Position numbers and translations under genes: made by a program
Assembly: GCA_003557805.1 (NCBI GenBank)
Contig: PWNY01000065.1
Location: forward strand, 1-24,000
Source: Bacteroidales bacterium
GTDB taxonomy: Bacteria > Bacteroidota > Bacteroidia > Bacteroidales > UBA7960
Direction: 5' to 3'
Length of the DNA: 24,000 bases
Notes under the pieces: model-generated
What the model was told of the DNA's origin: nothing
The model's database searches: none
Seen by the model: only the letters and a program-made list of their open reading frames with translations
Shown: positions 17,321-24,000 of the stretch, piece after piece
Numbering within the stretch: the stretch's first letter is position 1
Layout: the number at the start of each line of letters is the position of its first letter

Positions 17321-18202
17321 TTAATAATAGTATAAAAAGTCAGTTTTGATTTTCAGGTATTTTTTTACTGCAAAATAGGTGGATATCCAGCTGATCAGCA
17401 CTCCAAGGAGAAGCACCCCGGCAAAGAGTATGAGCAGCCTTTTGGTGTCATAGAACATAACCAGTTCCGGGATCTGGCGCTGTACCGCAAAAAGGCTGAG
17501 TGAAAGCAGGAGTATGGTAATGAACGCACCTATTATACCCTGTATCATTCCCCTGAGTATGAAAGGCCTGCGTATGAAACCCTGTGTTGCACCCACCAGC
17601 TGCATGCTTTTAATAAGGAAGCGCTTTGAGAAAACACTCAGGCGAATGGTGTTGTTGATAAGCGCGAAGGCGATTATCAGAAGGAGTATGCTGAATGCCA
17701 GCAGCCCAGCCCCTATCCTTCTTACAGTCTCGTGTACCAGGTGAACCAGAGACTGCTGGTAGTCTATGTCAGTTATCAAACTGCAACCTGAAAGCCTCTC
17801 CTCTATGACCATCATGCTGTCGGGGTTTGCATAAGAGGCCTGAAGCGTTATCATTATCGATGCAGACAGGGGGTTGTAACCCAGGAAGTCAATAAAGTCC
17901 TCCCCGAGTTCATGCATCAGGTCCTCGGCGGCTTCTTCACGTGATATGTAAAGGCTTTCATTCACCCCGGGCATATTGTTTATTGCCTCCCGGAGGTTTT
18001 CAGCCTCAGCCTGGCTGGCGTCATTATCAATAAAAACCGATATTGAGATGCTCTCCCTTACATGCTCTGAAAGTTTCTGGGCATGAAGGACTATCAGGCC
18101 AAGAAGGCCGAGCACGAATAGAACAAGGGTAATGCTGACCACCGTCGAAATATAGGATGATTTCAACCTGCGGCCAATGATCCTGTCTTCCTGTCTGCCC
18201 AT
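17321..18202 (-). CDS. ftsX: Cell division permease-like protein FtsX
   Basis: 293 aa. The topology is a TM helix, a periplasmic domain of about 100 aa, then three C-terminal TM helices. FtsX-type stretches include LSVFSKRFLIKSMQLVGAT.GFIRRPF. Confidence 0.88.
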   Translation of the reverse strand: MGRQEDRIIGRRLKSSYISTVVSITLVLFVLGLLGLIVLHAQKLSEHVRESISISVFIDNDASQAEAENLREAINNMPGVNESLYISREEAAEDLMHELGEDFIDFLGYNPLSASIMITLQASYANPDSMMVIEERLSGCSLITDIDYQQSLVHLVHETVRRIGAGLLAFSILLLIIAFALINNTIRLSVFSKRFLIKSMQLVGATQGFIRRPFILRGMIQGIIGAFITILLLSLSLFAVQRQIPELVMFYDTKRLLILFAGVLLLGVLISWISTYFAVKKYLKIKTDFLYYY

Positions 18203-18332
18203 TTTACTGCTACCTGTTTAACGGCGAAATTAATAAAAAAATAACCATTCAGTACCAATCATGATCCGTGCGGATAAAAGATACTTTTATATAACAGCCT
18301 AAGGCAATATTTTAGTGTAAAACAAAAAGAGA

Positions 18333-19463
18333 ATGTACAGTGAAATGACCTGCCGGATAGCCCTTACACTGGTGCCCGGCCTTGGCCCGGTACTTGCAAG
18401 GCGGCTTGTTTCAATATTTGGGAGTGCCGCGGCAATCTTCAGGGAGAGATCACCGGGACTGATCAGGCTGCCGGGAATAAATGCAGAGACTGCCTATTCA
18501 ATTAAACAGTGCAAATACCTGGAAAGGGCGGAACAGGAGGTGGAGTATATCAGTAAAAAGGGGATAAAGGCACTGTTTTACACGGACGATGAGTACCCCC
18601 GCAGGCTCAAACTGTGCCATGATGCCCCGCTTTTACTGTATGCCAGGGGGAAGGGAAACTGTCTTGACCACCCCAGGGCGGTGGCAGTTATCGGAAGCAG
18701 GAGGATGACGGAATACGGAAGGCAGAGCTGTGAGCGCCTTGTTGGGGAGCTGTCCGGGTACCGGACAATGATAGTTAGTGGACTGGCTTATGGTGTGGAT
18801 GCATGTGCCCACGACTGTGCCGCCGGGATCGGGTTACCGATGGTTGCCGTTCTGGGCCACGGGCTTGACCGTATTTATCCGGGGGCTCATTACGGTCTTG
18901 CCTCCAGGATAGAGGAGAACGGCCTGCTGGTTACCGAGTTTATATCAGGCAGAACCCCTGTTCCTGAGAACTTCCCGAGAAGGAACAGGATAATTGCAGG
19001 CCTGTCTGATGCGGTCATTTTGATAGAAGCAGCACTGAGGGGCGGAGCCCTGATCACTGCAGATATCGCAAACTCCTATAACAGGGATGTTTTCGCACTG
19101 CCGGGAAGGGTCAGTGACAGATACAGCCAGGGTTGTAACAGGCTTATCAGGATCAACAAGGCGCACCTGATTGAATCGGCCAGTGATATGCAGTACATAA
19201 TGAACTGGGAAGAGGAATGCGGAAGCACTTCTGCCAGGATCAGAAAGCCTGGCAGGCAGGCTGGTATTTTTGTAATACTCAACAGGGAGGAGAAGATTGT
19301 GGCAGACTTTCTCAGGTCGAACGGGGAGGCAGGGATCGACAGCATAGTGTCCGGAACAGGTTTCAACCTTGGCACCTGCACCACTGTTTTGCTCGGCCTG
19401 GAGTTCAAGGGGGTTGTCAGGGCACTGCCGGGAAGAACCTTCAGGCTTATGGCTGACATTTAA
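18333..19463 (+). CDS. dprA: DNA-processing protein DprA (Smf)
   Basis: 376 aa. It has an N-terminal SAM/HhH-like region (LTLVPGLGPVLARRL). The Rossmann-like core includes VAVIGSRRMTEYG, SGLAYGVDACAH, FPRRNRIIAGLSDAVILIEAALRGGALITA and FALPG. A C-terminal winged-helix-like tail follows. Confidence 0.93.
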   Translation: MYSEMTCRIALTLVPGLGPVLARRLVSIFGSAAAIFRERSPGLIRLPGINAETAYSIKQCKYLERAEQEVEYISKKGIKALFYTDDEYPRRLKLCHDAPLLLYARGKGNCLDHPRAVAVIGSRRMTEYGRQSCERLVGELSGYRTMIVSGLAYGVDACAHDCAAGIGLPMVAVLGHGLDRIYPGAHYGLASRIEENGLLVTEFISGRTPVPENFPRRNRIIAGLSDAVILIEAALRGGALITADIANSYNRDVFALPGRVSDRYSQGCNRLIRINKAHLIESASDMQYIMNWEEECGSTSARIRKPGRQAGIFVILNREEKIVADFLRSNGEAGIDSIVSGTGFNLGTCTTVLLGLEFKGVVRALPGRTFRLMADI

Positions 19464-19561
19464 TGCAATTGGTTTTTCATGCATAAACCTTTCGGGTTTT
19501 TGGTCACTTTCCCAGAACATCCCCGCTGTATTAGCAGACTATCGTATATTTATCCTGGATT

Positions 19562-19569
19562 TACCTTTG
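19562..19569 (+). promoter_or_regulatory. Candidate -7 promoter box (TACCTTTG) for the DUF2207 gene
   Basis: Matches TAnnTTTG, 23 nt upstream of the ATG at 19592. No clear -33 element is visible. Confidence 0.3.
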
Positions 19570-19591
19570 TAACAAAATAATAAGCAACATA

Positions 19592-21403
19592 ATGAAAACA
19601 ATACTGTTTGCTCACAAATTCTTAGTTGAGTTTATAATTGTGATCCTTATGGTATTTAATACCGGTAAGATCTATGCCAGGGACTACAGCATCGACAGGC
19701 TGAGAATGTCAATAGAGGCTGACAGCAGGGGTCAGCTAACTGTAACGGAGACCCGTACCTTCAGGTTTGAGGGTTCGTTTTCAGAGGTATACAGAACCTT
19801 CCCGCTCAGTGATACGGTAAGTTTTGATAACATTGCCGTATTTGAGGGCAGTTATGTTTACCAATATTCTGACAGCGGAGCTGAAGGCACATTTAGCATA
19901 AGTGAGCGCAGCAATGAAAAGGAAGTTGTTGTACATTTTGATGCCACCGACACTGTCCGGGTTTTTTCAATACGTTTTACAATTGACGGAGCGGTAAGAA
20001 GATATGAGGATGCAGCACTGCTATACTACCAGCTTATCTCTGAAGGCTGGTCAAAGGCTCACCACGACATATCTGTTGAGATCATTCCTCCTGAAAGCCT
20101 CCCCGAAAACCAACCTGCACACTGGGTTCACGGATCCCTGGACGCTGTTTCCTCAATAAAGCAAGGGGGGAGGGTGAGCATTGAACTTGGCTTGCTGCCT
20201 GCGGAACGCTTCCTGGAGATAAGGGCACTCTACCCACCGGCTGTCTTTAATGAAATGGAGATCACCCCGGGTGTTATAAAATCAAGGGTGGAACGTGAAG
20301 CAGGGCTGCTGGCAGAAGAGGCAAACCGGAAAAGGGAGGAGCAGTTGGAAAGGCAAAGAATCAGGGATGCCAGACACGCTGCAGGAAAAAGGGTAGCTAT
20401 CCCCGCGGCATTGATAATTATTTCGATACTTCCGCTGCTGTTCAGAAAATATTCTGACAGGCCGGTATATAAAAAAGCAGATATCAAAACAGGGGAGATG
20501 CCTGAGAAACATCCCCCGGCAATGGTCAGCTACCTTCTGTTTTCCGGTTATGTTACCGGAAATGCGCTGGTGTCTACACTGTTCCACCTGGCCTACAGGG
20601 GCTATATCAGGATTGAGGAGATTCCTTCAAAAAAGCCCGGGCTGGTAAAAAAACCCAAATATCAGTTTGTTATTGACAGGGAAAAGTTTAATAAAGAAAG
20701 AGAAAGTATGCCGGAATATGAAGCTGGTATGTTAGACCTTTTTTTCGGAGATATTTCAGGGGGGAGTGATGTGCTTGGCTTCCGGCAGTTAAAAAAGAAA
20801 AGCAGCAAAGTGCAGTCCTTTTTTACAAGGTGGAGAAAGGAGGTAAAAAAAGAGGCTGAAAAACAGAACTGGTTTGACCCCAAAAGCAAAAAGGGAAGGA
20901 ATATCGGTCTTGCAACTGGTTCAGTACTCTTTGCCGGATCTCTTATTTCTGCTGTTTTTCTTGGTCCCTGGATGCTCATTCCTGTTCTGGCGGCATTAAT
21001 TCTTCTGATTGGCTCTCTTTTTATATACCACCGCAGCCCCTCGGGTGAAAAGGCATACCGGCAGTGGATGGCTCTTAAGAAATATCTTAAGAAACACAGG
21101 TTCGGGAAAGATACTGCAAGGCTGGAGGCTTCAGCCATCAATGAATACCTGATCTACGGAATTGCGCTCGGTCTTGGAAAGGGATACTTCAAAAGGTTTG
21201 CAAGATGGGTTGAAGAGAGTGGCCAGAGCCCGCATTTCTGGTGGATCGTGCTGTATAGTAACAATATATCAGGCTTTGGCAAGGCCCTTAATGAAGTGAT
21301 AAATACTACCTCGGGTACAATGAGCTCCGCTAGTGGTATGGGTGGTGGAGGCACAATGGGTGGTGGTGGAGGTGTCTCTTCAGGCGGGGGAGGGGCAAGA
21401 TGA
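19592..21403 (+). CDS. DUF2207-family membrane protein
   Basis: 603 aa. The architecture matches DUF2207: an N-terminal signal/anchor, an extracytoplasmic domain of about 230 aa, a TM helix, a soluble middle region, two further TM helices, and a Gly-rich C-terminal tail (GMGGGGTMGGGGGVSSGGGGAR). Confidence 0.8.
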   Translation: MKTILFAHKFLVEFIIVILMVFNTGKIYARDYSIDRLRMSIEADSRGQLTVTETRTFRFEGSFSEVYRTFPLSDTVSFDNIAVFEGSYVYQYSDSGAEGTFSISERSNEKEVVVHFDATDTVRVFSIRFTIDGAVRRYEDAALLYYQLISEGWSKAHHDISVEIIPPESLPENQPAHWVHGSLDAVSSIKQGGRVSIELGLLPAERFLEIRALYPPAVFNEMEITPGVIKSRVEREAGLLAEEANRKREEQLERQRIRDARHAAGKRVAIPAALIIISILPLLFRKYSDRPVYKKADIKTGEMPEKHPPAMVSYLLFSGYVTGNALVSTLFHLAYRGYIRIEEIPSKKPGLVKKPKYQFVIDREKFNKERESMPEYEAGMLDLFFGDISGGSDVLGFRQLKKKSSKVQSFFTRWRKEVKKEAEKQNWFDPKSKKGRNIGLATGSVLFAGSLISAVFLGPWMLIPVLAALILLIGSLFIYHRSPSGEKAYRQWMALKKYLKKHRFGKDTARLEASAINEYLIYGIALGLGKGYFKRFARWVEESGQSPHFWWIVLYSNNISGFGKALNEVINTTSGTMSSASGMGGGGTMGGGGGVSSGGGGAR

Positions 21404-22288
21404 TCAGTATGTTTTGGTCATTGTAGAAGGAACAGCGATTATAAAGTCGGCCAGTCCGCGATTCTCCTCCTCAAGGAAAGAAACATCGTCCTGCTCTACT
21501 GTGCTTATTGTGATAATATCAAGTGTGACTTCCGAATACTCTTCAAGGTACCATACAATTCCTTCATAGTTGTTTGAATGGTAAGCCCCGTTAAAGTGCA
21601 GGAAAACCTCATGGCCCGGCAGGTTTTGAATTATGTTGTAAGCCATGGCAGCATCCTTTATAGCCTGAGCCCTGGGCAGGTTTTCTCCGGCGTGGGCTGG
21701 CATTCCCTCCATTTCAAGCATGGCCCTGTAGCCTGGAAGGTTTTCGTCATAGGGGACAGGCAGCGGGGGGATGTACCCCCTGGCCTGCGTACTCAGCATT
21801 TCCAGTGCCTCAAAGCCCTCCCTGTGCACCTTTGCAGCATAGCGCCTGGGAATATTTGTTGCTACGAAAATCAGCCCGTTCTCCCTGGCAAACTCAAGCA
21901 GGGGCCTGTAATCAGTTTCATAGTTGCCCCATGTTTTAGCTTCAGCAAGGAAATTTCTTTCAGGTATTATACCTGAAAAATATTCATCGATAAGCAACTG
22001 GTCGTCGGTCTCGAACATTTCCGCTCCCATGGCCAACTCCGGGCCGGCATAGTCAAAAAGCACCTGGCTGAGCTCCAGCTGAAGCCAGTGGGCTATGGGG
22101 TTATTGTGCAGTTCACCGAAAAGGATAACATCAGCCCCCTGTGCGGCAAATGACATCTCTGAGAATGTCGACACCCGGCCATCGGGACCAAAGATGCGGT
22201 ATGCGTACTTGTGCTGTGCACCCAGCATGCCTGGTTGTAAAACAATAAAGACAATGACAGTTATAAGAAATATGCGAAGGTGTTGCAT
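21404..22288 (-). CDS. ChaN-like (Tiki/ChaN haem-binding-uptake superfamily, DUF399) secreted protein
   Basis: 294 aa. A signal peptide is present (MQHLRIFLITVIVFIVLQPGMLGA). The ADVILFGELHNNPIAHWLQLE block contains the GxxH motif of the Tiki/ChaN superfamily. The family assignment is from memory. Confidence 0.65.
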   Translation of the reverse strand: MQHLRIFLITVIVFIVLQPGMLGAQHKYAYRIFGPDGRVSTFSEMSFAAQGADVILFGELHNNPIAHWLQLELSQVLFDYAGPELAMGAEMFETDDQLLIDEYFSGIIPERNFLAEAKTWGNYETDYRPLLEFARENGLIFVATNIPRRYAAKVHREGFEALEMLSTQARGYIPPLPVPYDENLPGYRAMLEMEGMPAHAGENLPRAQAIKDAAMAYNIIQNLPGHEVFLHFNGAYHSNNYEGIVWYLEEYSEVTLDIITISTVEQDDVSFLEEENRGLADFIIAVPSTMTKTY

Positions 22289-22348
22289 CTGTATAAGGTT
22301 TTATAATGCAAACCATATGCCTCCGGTAATGTTCAAAACTTTTGCAGT

Positions 22349-22855
22349 TTAACGGTTTTTTAGCTGCTCACCGGTAAATGAAAGAGGCAGCAGGTCAACA
22401 GCCTTTTCTATTATGAATACCCTTCCTTTTTCCTTGCTGAGGATTATCTTCATAGGGCCTTTTTGAAGTGTTTCGTACTCGAGCAAAACCTGGCGGCAGG
22501 CACCGCAGGGGGATACAGGATCGCTTACCTCCTGCTGGTTGGTTTTTGCGCTTACTGCTATCTTTTTCATGGCAACACCGGGGTACATGGATGAAGCAGC
22601 AAAGGCAGCGACCCTTTCTGCGCAGAGACCGCTGGGATATGCTCCATTCTCCTGGTTGGAACCCCTTACTATCTCACCGTTCTCCAGAAGTATGGCTGCA
22701 CCAACATAAAATGCCGAATAGGGGGCGTAGGCCTGCCGGCACATTGCCCTGGCCTCTTCAACCAGCTTCTTCTCGTCCCCGGGCAGCTCTTGCGAACTAT
22801 CCAGCACTGAATAGCTAATATTTACATCCTTTCTTGCCATATCATTTTTCATCAT
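22349..22855 (-). CDS. cdd: Cytidine deaminase
   Basis: 168 aa. The zinc and catalytic motifs CAERVA (the C-A-E motif) and PCGACRQVLLEY are present. The start could be one of several clustered ATGs (22855, 22852 or 22840). Confidence 0.92.
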   Translation of the reverse strand: MMKNDMARKDVNISYSVLDSSQELPGDEKKLVEEARAMCRQAYAPYSAFYVGAAILLENGEIVRGSNQENGAYPSGLCAERVAAFAASSMYPGVAMKKIAVSAKTNQQEVSDPVSPCGACRQVLLEYETLQKGPMKIILSKEKGRVFIIEKAVDLLPLSFTGEQLKNR

Positions 22856-22909
22856 TTATACGTGCCAAAAATAAAAAAGTTTACCTGATCTCTTGCCTGT
22901 TGCCCTGCC

Positions 22910-22943
22910 TTGTTGCATTTTGATCATTTTTTGCATATCTTTG
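22910..22943 (+). promoter_or_regulatory. Candidate promoter of the ytxH triad: TTGTTG...TATCTTTG
   Basis: TATCTTTG at 22936-22943 matches TAnnTTTG. TTG motifs at 22910-22915 lie about 20 nt upstream of it. The element is 78 nt upstream of the ATG at 23021. Confidence 0.4.
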
Positions 22944-23020
22944 TTATATAGTTAAAAGTTAAGGGAATTTTTGTTTTTTGATTGCCTTAATCGATCGTTT
23001 AATTTAAAGGTATAGATATT

Positions 23021-23278
23021 ATGAGCGCTTCTAACGGAAAGGTTTTGTTTGGATTTATTTTTGGAGCAGCTGTCGGTGTTGCTGCAGGTCTGCTTTTTGC
23101 ACCCAGCTCTGGAGATGAGACACGTAAAAAGCTCAAGGAGAAAGGCAGGGAGTACTCTGATGAACTGACAAAGCAGATGAATGAAAAACTCGACGATCTG
23201 AAGGACTATGTAACTCATAAGACCGAAGACGCCAGGGCAAGGATCAAAAGGTCAGTTCCTGAAGAGGATAAATCCTAA
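23021..23278 (+). CDS. YtxH-domain protein (N-terminal membrane anchor plus charged helical tail)
   Basis: 85 aa. GFIFGAAVGVAAGLLFAPSSGDETRKKLKEKG is the characteristic YtxH motif (G..G...G.L.AP.SG.ETR..L). Confidence 0.8.
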   Translation: MSASNGKVLFGFIFGAAVGVAAGLLFAPSSGDETRKKLKEKGREYSDELTKQMNEKLDDLKDYVTHKTEDARARIKRSVPEEDKS

Positions 23279-23295
23279 TTTGAAGAACCCTCTGC

Positions 23296-23670
23296 ATGGA
23301 CGGTAAGGAGTTATTATCACACATTACCTCTTTAAAGGATAACCTGCAAAAGTATCTCGAAACGAAGATCTCGTATTACGGGATCCTTGCCTTCGAGAAA
23401 GCGGTAAAAGTGTTGAGCATGTTTATGGCCAATATTGTTTTCTTATTGGCCGGTGTGCTTGCTTTGTTCTTTATCTCCGGCGCCATATCGGTATATCTTG
23501 GGGTTTTGCTGGACTCCTACTGGCAGGGCATGTTAATTGTCGGCGGGGTATACCTTGTTGTTCTGCTGGTGATGTTTGCCTGGCGCAGGCGAATATTTGG
23601 CAGGGCAGCCATAAAGATACTCCTGGGCATCCTTATGGATGAAGATGAACCTTCCGGGAACCGGAAATAG
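23296..23670 (+). CDS. Two-TM membrane protein, holin-X/DUF1469-like (often annotated as phage holin family)
   Basis: 124 aa. It has an N-terminal amphipathic helix and two long hydrophobic helices (MFMANIVFLLAGVLALFFISGAISVYLGVLL and GMLIVGGVYLVVLLVMFAW) followed by a basic stretch. It starts 17 nt after the ytxH stop. The family call rests on architecture only. Confidence 0.45.
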   Translation: MDGKELLSHITSLKDNLQKYLETKISYYGILAFEKAVKVLSMFMANIVFLLAGVLALFFISGAISVYLGVLLDSYWQGMLIVGGVYLVVLLVMFAWRRRIFGRAAIKILLGILMDEDEPSGNRK

Positions 23671-23688
23671 GAAAAAAAGAATTGAATA

Positions 23689-23973
23689 ATGCTTGAATCC
23701 CTCAGAAACATAAAGAGCCTTGAGGATATCAGAGTTGAAAAGGCCCGCATGAAATATGAGTCACTGCTGGCCGAAAGCAGGATGATGGAAAGCATGCGTG
23801 CTGCCGGCCAGCTCTTCACCGTGGTCTCAAGCCTGAAAAGGGTGTCAGGCGGCATCAGGACAGCATATAGCATCATTAGCAGATTTAGCAGGTTTATCTC
23901 CAGGTGGTTTGGCAGAAAAAAGGAAGAAAAGGAGGATCGCACACCCAGGGAGGAGGACACGCTCCGGTATTGA
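23689..23973 (+). CDS. Small hypothetical protein, predicted helical/amphipathic, third gene of the ytxH cluster
   Basis: 94 aa ORF starting 18 nt after the preceding stop, on the same strand. It has a charged N-terminus, a central hydrophobic patch and a basic/acidic tail. I recognise no motif. Confidence 0.4.
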   Translation: MLESLRNIKSLEDIRVEKARMKYESLLAESRMMESMRAAGQLFTVVSSLKRVSGGIRTAYSIISRFSRFISRWFGRKKEEKEDRTPREEDTLRY

Positions 23974-24000
23974 TACTATGTGTTAGCCACTGAATCAACC

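Noticed and set aside
19485-19502. Possible dprA terminator (AAACC-TTTCG-GGTTT followed by TT)
   Set aside because: A 5-bp AT-rich stem of marginal stability. Noted, but not strong enough to report as a feature.
18945-19520. 191-aa minus-strand ORF antisense to the 3' half of dprA
   Set aside because: Shadow ORF within dprA. It has no motif and no promoter or RBS support.
21330-21403. Repetitive GGTGGTGGAGG tract, considered as a tandem repeat
   Set aside because: It is the coding sequence for the Gly-rich C-terminal tail that is characteristic of DUF2207 proteins. It is not an independent repeat element.
22856-22918. 20-codon minus-strand mini-ORF (MQQGRATGKRSGKLFYFWHV) whose TAA stop abuts the cdd ATG. 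It could be a coupled leader peptide.
   Set aside because: An ORF this short is expected by chance. I cannot assess conservation and there is no RBS. The cdd start itself is ambiguous among several clustered ATGs.

Overview
This window looks like ordinary core chromosome from a Bacteroidota genome. The taxon call rests on a PorP/GldK/GldL/GldM/GldN type IX secretion and gliding cluster, a DUF3098 gene, and TAnnTTTG-type -7 promoter boxes. It is densely packed with 23 protein-coding genes. Reading left to right: a 5'-truncated class I fumarase followed directly by class II fumC; then a long minus-strand run of topA, an arginase-fold protein, porP, gldK, gldL, gldM and gldN; then miaB on the plus strand; then a minus-strand housekeeping run of ftsX, DUF3098, uppP, truB, queA and ispD; then dprA, a DUF2207 membrane protein, a ChaN-like periplasmic protein and cdd; and finally a three-gene ytxH / holin-X-like / small-protein cluster. 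I found no rRNA, tRNA, CRISPR array, transposase, integrase, or recognisable defence or toxin system. No intergenic gap is longer than about 170 bp. I do not see a convincing previously undescribed multi-gene system. The points most worth a second look are: (1) an in-frame TAA that cuts the signal peptide off gldN; (2) an arginase/formimidoylglutamase-fold protein whose metal-ligand motifs look non-canonical, sitting between topA and the T9SS genes; (3) a Tyr at the conserved Asp of the fumC SSND motif; (4) an orphan terminator-like hairpin between the divergent topA and miaB promoters; and (5) the uncharacterised ytxH triad. All motif alignments were done by eye from memory of family consensus sequences and need computational confirmation.
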